A stretch of 62,330 bases of DNA, counting the filler, from Sphacelaria rigidula (lineage: Eukaryota): the NCBI GenBank assembly GCA_964200075.2. It is 8 parts of 8 records of this genome, joined end to end, with 100 filler letters (N's around TTAATTAATTAA, not from the genome) between each part and the next. Parts side by side here need not be neighbours in the genome. Positions count along the whole stretch, not along the records: positions 46,825 to 54,527 come from CAXNAA020013741.1; positions 54,628 to 62,330 come from CAXNAA020013742.1; 6 more parts are not named here. One strand, 5' to 3'. This document shows, in pieces, positions 51,405 to 62,330 of this stretch. The notes beneath the pieces are model-generated. The model had not been told where the DNA came from. It searched no databases and worked only from the letters and a program-made list of their open reading frames with translations. The stretch's first letter is position 1, and each line of letters opens with the position of its first letter. Both the position numbers and the translations under genes were made by a program.

Positions 51405-53679
51405 CTGGTGATGTCATCCCATCCCGGCAAAAACACCAGCACCGCCCCATCCTCGTAGGCCGACCTGCAAACATACCGCAGCAGGGCCTCCACCAGACCA
51501 TAGTCCACCGCTTCGTCGTCGAACGCGAACTGGTACCTGACATCAACAGATGTGTAATGGTGTAAATAGTTGCAGAGTATGGGGGAAAAAAAAAAACAGA
51601 ATAACGTCGTGAAAAAAAATATTTACTGATGTTTAGTGTTCGTGTACCATAGCGTTCGCTGAAAAGGGGCAACTGTTTTCTCAATTAGGAAAAAATGTAC
51701 GACAAGAATGCATATATATATGGAGAGAAACTGGTGAAGACGGCGGCTACACATATGCGCTGGGTCATGGACTAGTGGTAGCACCAACACACAGTATTTT
51801 GTGTCTCAACAGCCAGAAGAATATGAAAATACACGGAATACCACAGCACACGAAACTCTCAACTGTTGCCACCACAGTGTTATTCCTTTTCGACAATCTG
51901 GAGGCGATTTCATGAAGAAACATATTCTACGACGCGGGGGTTACATTTGAAACGGTCATGCTCCGCAGAGTGAAATGCGCTGAGGTTAGAGGGAGACACG
52001 TCCTTCGCAGAGAGGTGTCCACATCAGCACGGGAAGCTGGCGATAGAGACGACGTCGAGGGCTGATGCCCCTAGGTGATAAAGGATGTCACCACGAAGTG
52101 AGGAAGCGCTCAATACACAAAGTGTATCTGTTTACATGAATGCAGGACAACATCGGCACTGCGTGCTGTGCTTGGGGCTGGCGGTACCGTACTGAATGTA
52201 CGACGCGAACCACGCCTCGAAGAGGGGATTCTACAAATTGGGGATGGAATTTTTATTGAGGATGAGAACCTGGAGAATCAAAATCTTTGTATCCACACCA
52301 AATCTTCGAAATTTGGTTCCATTGTTTCACTTGCTGGTAGCTATTGCTATTGTCAACCACTACACGCCATGTAAATTTGGATTTCGATAACCGAAATGTT
52401 GGGGTCCTAGGCGAAAGCCCAATTTTGGGGAATTATGGTGATCCGATCGGACTCCAAAATTGGTTTTTCACCTACTAATAGGACCCCAACATTTCGGTTA
52501 TCGAAATCCAAATTTGTATGACGTGTATTAGTTGTCAATAGCTACCAGCACGTGAAAAAATGGAACCACATGTCGAAGATTTGGTGTGGATACGAAGGTT
52601 TTAATTCTTCCGCTTCTCATCCTCAATAAAAAATCCATCCCCAATTTGTAAAACCCCGTGTTCTCGGCAGCGCTGGAATACCCGCGATCCGTCCGTGAAA
52701 ATTACAAACTGCTCTCTGCCGTACACCGAGAGCAAGTAAACCGGCTCAAAAGTCCGTCAAGGGTCGATGAAGTCGATGTTGAAGAAAGCTCGAGATATTC
52801 ACGTGCGAGCCGTATCCACCAAAACTGTTCTGTAGGTTGATTCTAATTGAAGAGAAGAGCAATCGCCCCCATCGTGGTCAGTCTGTCTTGATGTCGTTTA
52901 CGGAGTTTATGGTACTTGTCTGTAAGGGGACGTCGCTCCCTGCTCGAACAGCTTCACAGCGGCCCTTGGCAGAAGACACTGTTGTCTTTGACTCGGCTGT
53001 ACGGCCACGTCTTGCGCGAAACGGCGTATAAACCCCAACGGCAACAAACACGAATATATGACGAAGCCTGAATGATGCGTGTCACACTGTGTTACAGCGA
53101 GCACCAAACCATAAGCAGGTCCAGTTAAACGACTATGCTGGCAAGATCTGCCGCTGCTGCCTCCGCGCCGGTGTTGTATTGTAGAAAAAAACGCCCTTTC
53201 CGTCACTTGAACTCCATGCCATTAATAGCAGGTCCTACGAGAACCAAATTCTCCAAGACAATCTACAAATGATTATCGAAAACAAAACAAAAGCCGAGAG
53301 TAGGTACAGGATGGACTCATTTCTTGTGCAGAAAAGTAAGTCTTTTTTTTTTTGCATTTGCATCGTCTGCGTTGTATCTTTCTAAAAACCCGAATATATA
53401 GCATCACGACAGGAACCCTCAACCCTCGTATCCAAACGATCAAATACCAACAACCACACAGACTCATGGTACAGAGAAGTACACGAATATATACTACACA
53501 CAACGTGCAACAATCTCGTCCCTCTAACCTGGTGAGAAGTTCCTCCGCTCTTCCCGAGGTAGCCGACGCTCGTTCCGCGCGGAACGTTCCGCGACCATCC
53601 CACTTCTGACCCATGGCCAGCGCGTCGTGCAGTCCACCGTCCATGTCATCCTCAGCCGCCAGGACAGCATCGTCGTCAT
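51405..53679 (-). CDS. DEAH/RHA RNA helicase (YTHDC2/DHX36-like), two exons (53679-53529, 51536-51405)
   Basis: Phase-2 join reads ...RAEELLTR|YQFAFDDEAVDYGLVEALLRYVCRSAYEDGAVLVFLPGWDDITR. GAVLVFLPGWDDI is helicase motif IV of this subfamily. Splice sites are canonical. The motif exon is in a frame the ORF track does not list. Confidence 0.9.
52222..52660. mobile_element. Palindromic fold-back MITE, copy 2 (inside the helicase intron)
   Basis: Same arms as 27395-27834, centre GATCCGATCGGA at about 52445. Ends GGGGATTCTACAAATTGGGG and CCCCAATTTGTAAAACCCCGTG. Confidence 0.9.
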
Positions 53680-55016
53680 CTTCAGGTTCGGAGAATATGG
53701 GGTGGTTGGAAGAGTGGACAGGGGGTAAAGACTTCACCGTACAAGACTCAATCACAAGTAAAGAGGCATATCCATACACAAAAAATCACAACTAGGTTTG
53801 CGCGAGTTGAGGAACCAACCATTCAGTGCATGCGCAGGGAGGAGGAAGGAGGGGGGGGGGGGGGAACCTATGATCTCGCATACCGTAGTCATACGACCAA
53901 TGACCTCGCATCCCTACAAAGTCGGGACGGAGCACGCTGGGTTTTCGCCGGACCAGGCTCGCAATAACCAAGCGCGAAACGCCGTGATGTGTTCCGCGAG
54001 TTGCAGGGAGGGTGAGCTATATCGTGCTAAGATTGTTCGGCCCGAAGCGTATTAATGGGAGGGGGGGCAGGGGCTACAAAAGTACAGATCTCTCTCTCTA
54101 TATATATATAGATATATATAGATATAGATATATTCGTCGAACGTTTAACCAATCTCCTTTCTCGGGGCTGGTCCGTTGCCTCGAATAGTCCATATTTTTC
54201 TCCGGTATGTACGTGCCTGACATTCCGGCATCGCGAATTCATTGGATCCGAACATCTCACACGTCGGACAGCTCACGAGCTACCAAATATAACTGATGGA
54301 AGATGACTCTACTAATAATATCCCTTGTCCAAGAATGCCAAATACGTAACAGCGGGATCCGGAAAGCCAAAGCTCTACCTCCGCGTCACTTCGCGAGCTC
54401 GGCATCCAGCGTTGTAGGAAGCAAATATGGGGGGGGGGGGGGGGGGGGGGGGGAAAAGTGCCCTGGTCGAGGAGCGGAAAAAGTGCATTATAAGGGGAAT
54501 TTAAAACTCGGTTTGGGTGATTTTGGTNNNNNNNNNNNNNNNNNNNNNNNNNNNNNNNNNNNNNNNNNNNNTTAATTAATTAANNNNNNNNNNNNNNNNN
54601 NNNNNNNNNNNNNNNNNNNNNNNNNNNTGCTCGGCGAGTCGCTTGAAGGGTGAGCTGCATCCTGCCAAGACTGTTCGACCCGAAGCCTACTGACTATCTT
54701 GCATTTGAATGACAGCCTCCAATGAGTTGCTTTATTTTCTGGTACCGCAACTTCCAGAGACAGCCACGTCTTTTACACTGCCTCATGGGTGTCTCGGGGG
54801 GGTCGGGGATGTGGGGCTCGTAAACTGCACAGTGATTGAAAACTTGGAGGACGAAAATTTCGGTACAGAATCAACTGCTTTTGAGCTCAAAAATGCACTC
54901 TTGTTTGTGCTGTAACAGAGCAGGATATCCTCGGCCAGATCAAACCACGGCGCCTTGTGTTCGTCCTCTTCTTTGCCGTCAAGCGGATTTCCTCGAACGT
55001 ATCGCTCAGCGTTTCA

Positions 55017-55291
55017 CATAGACACTTTCTACGATACCCCCTCCCCCCCAAAAAAACAAAAGAAAAACAGCTCAAAACTGCCACCTAGAAAATTATCATA
55101 CAGCACTTGATGTTTGGTTTCAGGCTGCGTGACGCGCCTCATATGGGCGATATAGGCGAAAACGAACCCAAGCGTTGGAATTCCCAGGTGCTCATTGTGC
55201 CTAGCTTTTTTCATCTCGATTTCCGTGTGGCTTTTGCCTCCCCAAACCATACACTCTTCTTAGGGGGGGGCTTTCGTAGAAAGTGTCCATG
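55017..55291. mobile_element. MITE of about 275 bp with 18-bp TIRs
   Basis: CATAGACACTTTCTACGA ... TCGTAGAAAGTGTCCATG. The internal segment gcgcctcatatg..ggcgaaaacga.cccaagcg recurs at about 56740-56880. Confidence 0.75.
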
Positions 55292-55630
55292 TTGAACAAA
55301 AGGTTATATCAAATGGCTCTTGCGTCTCGTTTCGGTATTACGGGTCGGATCAGCACTCCCGCACAACCTCGACTCTGAAAAAATAAACTTCCTGCGCACA
55401 CGTCCTCACTTCTTCAACGACGTACATCAGACACGTGACGCAAAAAAAAAGAAGGTGATCTGCCGGGAATGGACCCCGACTCTTTCCGATATAATGATTT
55501 CAGGCGAATCAATTCAACCATCGGGGCGAGGCGGCGTGTGCACTCACCAAAACCTTTCAGCGTGTATGCCATGGGGGGAAGGGGGCTTGTCTCCACGAGG
55601 CCACCCAGTCGTCCGGATGAAGGGTGGTAG

Positions 55631-56056
55631 CATGGGGTTTTACAAATTGGGGATGGAATTTTTATTGGGGATGAAAACCCGGAGACTTCAAATCCTCGTA
55701 TCCACACCAAATCTTCGAACTAGGCTTCCATTTCTTCGCTTGCTGGTAGCTGTTGACAACTACTACACGCCACACAAATTTGGATTCCGATAATCGAATG
55801 TCGGGGTCATTGATGAAAAACTAATTTTGGCGTCCGATCGGATCACCTGAATCCCCCAAAATTGGTTTTTGACCTAGGAACCCGACATTTCGATGATCGA
55901 AATCCAAATTTGAATGGCGTGCAATAGTTGTCAATAGCTACTAGCAGGTAAAGGAACGGAACCATGTTTCGAAGATTTGGTGTGGATACGAAGATTTTAC
56001 TTCTCCGGGTTCTCATCCACGATAAATAATCCATCCTCAACTTGTAAAATCCCGTG
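55631..56056. mobile_element. Palindromic fold-back MITE, copy 3
   Basis: CATGGGGTTTTACAAATTGGGG ... CAACTTGTAAAATCCCGTG, centre TCCGATCGGA at about 55838. Confidence 0.9.
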
Positions 56057-56298
56057 TTTGGTGAGGGGAGAGGGGGAGAGCTAACAGTCAAGAGTACCAC
56101 GGAAATACACACGAAAAACAGCCTCCATTGTGTTTTTACTTGTGTGTGCTAGCGTCAAACTCCGACCGTGTTTGTTAGAGTGGAGATGGGTTATCCCTCA
56201 ATACTATGGACTCATCCCGGCCGGTGACCCCCACCCCCACCCCCATCCCCGCCCCCCGGAAAAAAGTAATGATAACAACTCCAACTGCTTTTGCTCAC

Positions 56299-59200
56299 TT
56301 GGGCGCTACCGCATCCTCTCCCGCCGTCTTCCCATCTCCTGCTCCAGAGGTAACACCACCACCAGAGGAATTCCCGGCATCCGGAGACGCATCGCTTGAG
56401 GAAGCAGCCGGCTTACCGGGGCCTGCGGAGTAGCGTACCATGTAGCCGCCAGGTCTTCGTCCGTCTCCGCCCCCTGTGCTCTTGTTCCGCACAAAGTACG
56501 CCGTGCCTGGAAAGCGGGGGAGGAAGGGAAGGGGGGGAGGGGGGGGCTTGGCTGTGATTCGTGGAGGCATGTCCATGTCTATTGGTACTGACTGAGTTGA
56601 TCACGCTGTTCGCTGTACTCTCGGCGAAAATCCAGGAGAGTACGTACGAGTTATGCCGCGATAACAGCCTCAACCTCCCCAAACCAGCCCAAAGTGTCAC
56701 GAAGAAAATTGCCATACTGTGATACTGGGCATGATAGCTGGCGTCAGACACCATGAAGCGCCTCATATGAGGGACATTGGCGAAAACGACCCCAAGCGTG
56801 GGAGTTGTTCCCTGCTGCTCGGTGTCCTCAACTTTCGTCATCTTAATTCTCATGTAGCCCTTGCCTTCTCAAAATCTGCCACTTTTCTCGGAGGAACTAT
56901 CGCGGTATCACTCATATGATCATGCAGGTTAGTCACGAGTGGTGCGGTAGTATGGTAGGTTCCCACCATGCCAAGTCAATTGAGGCTGAGGAGAGGAGAA
57001 ACACGCCGCATTGACCGTCAACCATGTCTCATATCGATTCAGGCCACGGGAGAAGGACGACTCGCTGCCCGGTGCTTGTTGTAGACCACACAGCCAAGCT
57101 TTTGCCGTATGGACCAAGAGACTTTGCAACACAGCGCATAAGAGTACACTACGTAGACCTATAAGTGAACAATAATATGAATGTGTCCAGAAATATGGTA
57201 TCCGTCATGTACTTGATCTACGGCACTGTGCCCCTGAGCTTCATTACTTCTGTAGTTTCCTCCTTCTCTGCTCTCTTTCTCTCTCTACCTCATTCTCTAT
57301 GAGTGTGTGCGCTTTCCTCCCCGAGTATGTTGTTGTCTCAACTCGACACAATAAAAAAGTGTACGCAAGTCGCAGTATAGCGCCTCGCTTCCCTAGGATT
57401 CATGGGTGAGCGCCCGTCCCTAAATAATGTGGCTGAAACACATGACCCGCAATCTGTCTCCCAGGCCTCTTGTTTTTTTCTTGATCAGGGTCGCGTGTGA
57501 GTGCGCGTGCTAAGACCTGTTCCACTGGGAGTCATGTTGCAAAGATCGGTCTTCACTATACTGTATATATATACAAGCCGCACGGGACCCGGGGCTTCGC
57601 CCCGGTCCCGTCCGTCTTTTTCGAGAGTCTCGGTACTCTTGCCTTGCCAAGCCCTCGTGAGAATAAATCCTCTCTCGAAATGTTCATGCCCGCCGAAAAC
57701 ATTGCAGGACCACCGCGATCGCGCGTCCGTTTGAACGGTCGCGAACGCATGTGTACCGCCGCACAAAGTAAAGCACGAATTCGCTAACTGGGCCCCTACC
57801 ATTGGCATTGGCCCGAACAGTCATCTCCCGGGGCGGGTGCGGAGGAACTGGGACACTAAAATCAGCATTGAATCTCGTGGACGCCTCGTTACAAAGTATG
57901 CTTCACGCTCGTGATTTCGAAATATTCTACATATATGTTATTGTCTTGCTTGCTCGTTTTGTCAGTTGGTTTCTTGACTTTCTATTTTACACCCTTTGTG
58001 TCTGTTCTACGAGCTGCTGGGCCAGCTGACAGTGATTCTTGGACGAAGAGTGGAGATGGCATTGGTAATTCAAAGAGTTAGGCGCTGAAATTTTGACACG
58101 GCATTTTTATCATCAAACCGCGCAACCCTATTGGGGGTGCAGAGAAAAAAAAGAGAGGAAGCTCTAGAGTTGAAGTTTCAGCAAGACCAAGAAAAATGCT
58201 ATTACTTCCTTAAAAAAAAGGCAAAAACGACGACAACGCTCCAACACATACGGGCACTCGCGTCAGCGACATTCTGGTAGTGTTTCGGCCCAACATACCT
58301 CAAATTGGGCGCGGCATCGCACTGTTCGTGTGATACGGTCACGCCCCTTAAATCCAAGTGATATTGAAGACTCCAATTATGGAGGTCATGAGTTCGAATC
58401 CCGGCATATTATCTTTTTTTCGTCCGTCGTTGAGGTCATATATTATGCAGTTTTTTTCTTTCATTCAGCGGTGGTGCCGTGTGTTACCAGGTTGGTCTGC
58501 GCTACGATATGCTTAAGTCGCGCTGATTTGAAAAACTTGAGAAGTACTACTGGCCCAGCTCGTACCTTTATGTTTTCTTCATCTTCCTTCAGCGACTGTG
58601 TGCGTCTTGTTTTATCCCATGTATGTCTGTCTAGTGGATAATGAGCACGACTAGCTCATGACACCTGGGGGATTAGCTAATGTGCGACAAATAATCAGTC
58701 ATGTGTTATGTGCCATGTGTTGAAAAAAAAGTGATAATCTGGTTATTGATTGCCGATATTATAATGATTGACATTCAATCTTGTAGGTCCTTTGCCGTAC
58801 TTCATTCAAAGGGATCCGATACATTGGATTTACAATACGAGCTTGGCCATCCAATAATTCCCATCGGCGGATGAACAGTTCTGTCTTGATTAATTGTGGG
58901 AATTTTGACACGAGATCTTCATCACCAATAGGCGGAAAGACGCGAAAGTTCCCCAGAAATATATACAACAGCAGAGAGTTGAAGCTTTTTTTAATACAAA
59001 AAAGGTGTCACAGTCTGACAAAAAACAAAAAAATCTATGAACTTTCGTCGAGGAGTTTTAAGCTGCTAATAGTACCTTGTACATGCTGATCGCTGCCGTA
59101 CCTCGGCAGTCTGAATTAAATGTTACAGCTGTACACCCTCAGGGTGAAAACAACGCGGGTTCGATTCCCGACAGATTTTACTACAAAGTATCTGATTTTC

Positions 59201-59370
59201 CACCGTTGAAAGAGTGATGGTGTGAGTAAGGAAAAAAAGTGAGGGTGTACTATATACTTGCAGAGTCGACGCGGTGCGGGAGTGTCGACCCAATCAACCA
59301 GCGATACTATATACTACTATACTAACATGCAAGGCATGTACTGTAACGGGGCAGAGAACAACCACTACTG

Positions 59371-59402
<32 letters not shown>

Positions 59403-59511
59403 GGGCCTCGCTCCTCCGCTTCTCTCACCGGTGAATATGTCGCCGGGCTTGGTTGCCTTGGGAAGCTTTTCCAGCGCCGGCTCCGCGAAAAAAAAGGATG
59501 TCGATTGCCCA
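56299..59511 (-). CDS. TPP2: Tripeptidyl peptidase II-like, two internal exons (59511-59429, 56506-56299)
   Basis: Phase-1 join reads GQSTSFFFAEPALEKLPKATKPGDIFTG|TAYFVRNK...GRRPGGYMVRYSAGP, resembling the TPPII segment KLPK-x-x-x-PGD-x-x-x-G ...Y-x-x-x-P. CAG acceptors and GTGAG donors. Confidence 0.7.
57574..57611 (-). mobile_element. Helitron-like 3' terminus
   Basis: Minus strand has hairpin ACGGGACCGGGGC-GAA-GCCCCGGGTCCCGT, then 4 nt and CTTG|T into a TA tract. Confidence 0.55.
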
Positions 59512-60289
59512 CTGCAACACTCAAAAAGTCGCGACAAAAGCAAAGTGAGCATGGCCAGAGTGCGGTTGGGGACGGTGGGGCGGGCGGGCTGATGTGCACG
59601 CCAGTAACTCAAACATGAAGTATTAAAGAAGCGTCAACGCCAACCCATCATACCCTGCACACGAACTGGGCTATATATCACAATATGCCCAACAACAGAA
59701 AACGATTTCTTCCTGATTGAAAAACAAAAAAAGTGTCATCTGTCAACGACGAGCAAAAGGGACAGCTCAGCTCTACTCGCGATGAAATTTTAGGGCAAGC
59801 ACCGCAGAAGGGGGGTGAAGGGAAAAGAAAAAGAAAAAAAATCCGGTGTGGTCTTCCATCTGAGAGTGACTCCGGCTGATGCAGCTACATACACCGAAGG
59901 TTTACGTGTCAAAACTAAATGGTAAATGGTAAAGCGGCCCCAAGTTCACGTCGAGCAGTTGTAATCTTTTCACATGGCCGACAACAAGAGATAGCCCTGT
60001 CGGTCTGGAGACGGGTAAACCTCGGGTTCGAATCTCGGCTCAATCATAGCGACGATATATGAGAAGATCAAAGGTTGCGTCTGGTGGGGTATACCCGAAA
60101 GTGCGGAATACTTGGTTGGCATACCATACCATACCGGAATATGTACCTGACTTTCCAGCAGGGCTCGGCAGGGCATCGAGCCCTAATCCGAAGATCCAGG
60201 TTTGGTTCGGAAGCGCCTTCATCGAAAAAATATCCTCATTTGTTTTCCCCGCGAATACCCCCCGTAATTTTCTTGTCTTCATTTTGTTT

Positions 60290-60580
60290 TATTCCCTTGT
60301 CGCACTCTGAACCCCTTCCCTTCCTCGGAACGAGGCCATGGTCTCAAGGCATCACCCCATCTCCCCCTGGAACACGCCTTGCATTTCGGTCTTGCGGGTT
60401 GGCTCAGCACTCCCGCACCGCGTCAACTCACGTCAAACAAACTCAGTCGACTACTTTGTTTACACAAGTTCTCACGCTTTCCACGGTGGATACTGCGGAA
60501 AAAAAAAAAAATACATCAGGGATCGAACCCTCGTTCTCTCCACCCTCATGGCGACAGTCGGACCATTTCACCACCGGGGG
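60290..60580 (-). mobile_element. tRNA-derived SINE family B
   Basis: Minus-strand head GGTGGTGAAATGGT...GGGTTCGATCCC, a T-run, body GTGCGGGAGTGCTGA and tail ...GTGCGACAAG. Related pieces lie at 55318-55490 (-), 59110-59300 (+) and 38770-38855 (+). Confidence 0.7.
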
Positions 60581-62330
60581 GTATGTGAATATCCTACATT
60601 AAGCCAGTATACCCTACAGAACACAACCTTGAAAAGATCAGACGAAAGGTAATCAAGCAGGTCCAAGCAAGAGACACAAAAGATGTCGCAAAAAACAAAA
60701 CTGGAGATCAGGAAGCAGAATGGGCGAAAGCACGAACGTGTGATATCTTGTGCGTAAACTGCTCACCAGGCCCCCCGACATACGCAAGACACGCGGGAAA
60801 CCAACTTTCTTGAAAGCATGTTGACCGCGAGTCGGCGAGAAAAGTTACCTCAACACGTCCGTGATAAGAAACGCACCTAGAGGTTAATTGGGGGCACGGG
60901 GAGGGGGGGGGCGTACCTATTCGTTTCTTGCATTAGTCGTTTGACCATTGCCCACGCATCCCTTGCGAGACGGGGCACCATTCCTACTCCAGATAGATCG
61001 GGAGGGGGTCTGGATGATATGTCAATGAAGGGATGAGTAATACCCCAAGCGTCCTTGGATGATTCATCACCTCTGAACATCAAGTTGCAGTTTGATATAC
61101 TTACATGCGGTCGTCGATTGCTGGATGATGACCATTGGTGACAAAAAGGACTGATATCAATGCAGAGAAGCAAGCCCACCATAGCATAGAATTTCGGAAA
61201 ATATTCCTCTGGAAGTACAATCTGGAAGTACAAAATGTCGCCATGCTCTTGAGATTAAATATCAAAAGACGATTTCTGGGTGGCCGACATGATAGGCACA
61301 ATGTCAACTTAAAAAAACAGGGCAACGGAAAATTGATGTCTTCACACAATACCGAAAAACCTCAAGTGCTGACATGGGCTTTATTTTCGACCGCGGATCT
61401 ACAGTCAAAAGGGCTAATGCGATTGGAATAAATGTACGTGGGTAGTTCGAGCGTGGTACCCCCGTGTTATTCCTAGCATCATATCAAACGAGATAGAGAA
61501 CATGGAACAACATCTTCCACTCCTCGACTTCAACCCCGTAGCCAAGGCATACCTCATGGAAATAGCACTTCCGACATCTGAAAAAAGTACTGACGTCACA
61601 AAAAAATGTGGGAGGTTTGGCCAGGGTGCACACATATTGTCCGGGTCGACGAGGGGGGGGGTCTCCTCCTAACTTGGCATTCCGTAGTCATATGACCATT
61701 AATCTCGCATCCCTACAAAGCCGGGACGGAGCACGCCGAGTTTTCGCCTGATCACGCTCGTAATCAATCACCAGGCGCGAAGCGCCGTGACTAATTCGGC
61801 GAATTGCATGAAGAATGAGCTGTATCCAGCTTAAATTATTCGGCCCAAAGCGTGCTGATAATCTTGCATTTGGATGGCAGCGTCCAAAGAGTAGCTTCAT
61901 CTCCTGGTATCGCCACTTCCACAGACTAGGGGGGAACCGTTGAACCCTTGTCGCGATAAAAAAAGTAAGGCAAGCACCGCAGGAGGAAGGTATAGTACTA
62001 AAACAAGTTCCAAGATGAAAAACTCCTGTGTTGGTCTTCCTTCGGTGTGATTCCGGCTGATGCGTCCACTAACACCGAAAAGTGTACACAATAAATACAG
62101 CAGGTCCATCACAGGCCATATTGGGCGCTCTCGCCCTACTATCCCGCGGTAGGAAAGGATGTGAGTGTGCGTGTGTGAGCGACGGGGGGTGGGGCGGGGA
62201 GGGGTACTCATGGTTTTACATGCCGTAGTCATACGACCATTAACCTCGCATCCCTACAAAGCCGGGACGGGGCACGCCGGGTTTTCGCCGGACCAGGCTC
62301 GCAGTCAATCACCAAGCGCGAAGCGCCGTG

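Noticed and set aside
46865-51411. Many F/R/G/S-rich ORFs
   Set aside because: Translations of the stop-poor TTCGG satellite in several overlapping frames.
7705-54627. Regularly spaced TTAATTAATTAA motif and apparent gene neighbourhoods across segments
   Set aside because: Assembly linkers; the adjacency is artificial.
58340-58420. tRNA gene (also the heads at 15300, 22120, 38770, 59110 and 60520)
   Set aside because: B-box present but no acceptor stem or cloverleaf; treated as SINE-like heads.
60880-61600. Fragmentary ORFs including CRKCYFHEVC (PHD-like) and possible viral or TE coding sequence
   Set aside because: Interrupted by stops, incomplete ligand set, no recognisable family.

Overview
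Eukaryotic, intron-rich, repeat-rich DNA. The organism is most likely a brown alga or other stramenopile; this is inferred from intron style, base composition and repeat content, not shown directly. The window is not one locus. It is eight separate contigs of 7704 bp (six) and 7703 bp (two), joined by identical 100-bp linkers (44 N + TTAATTAATTAA + 44 N), so nothing links across a linker. Recognisable gene fragments: tRNA-Trp(CCA); first exons of SmD3 and RPN6 (divergent); a Q/P-rich protein ending in DPFAGL; a PHD-finger-like gene; a beta-adaptin first exon divergent from a SMYD (SET+MYND) exon; two exons of a YTHDC2/DHX36-type DEAH helicase; and two exons of tripeptidyl peptidase II. The rest is mostly transposon-derived: a decayed LINE, an internally deleted Ty3/Gypsy element, two tRNA-derived SINE-like families, palindromic fold-back MITEs, Helitron-like ends and a TTCGG satellite. 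The most interesting item is the Gypsy integrase, whose chromodomain is followed by a second PWWP/Tudor-like module. I found no convincing complete novel multi-gene system. All family calls come from motif recognition by eye; no database search was run.
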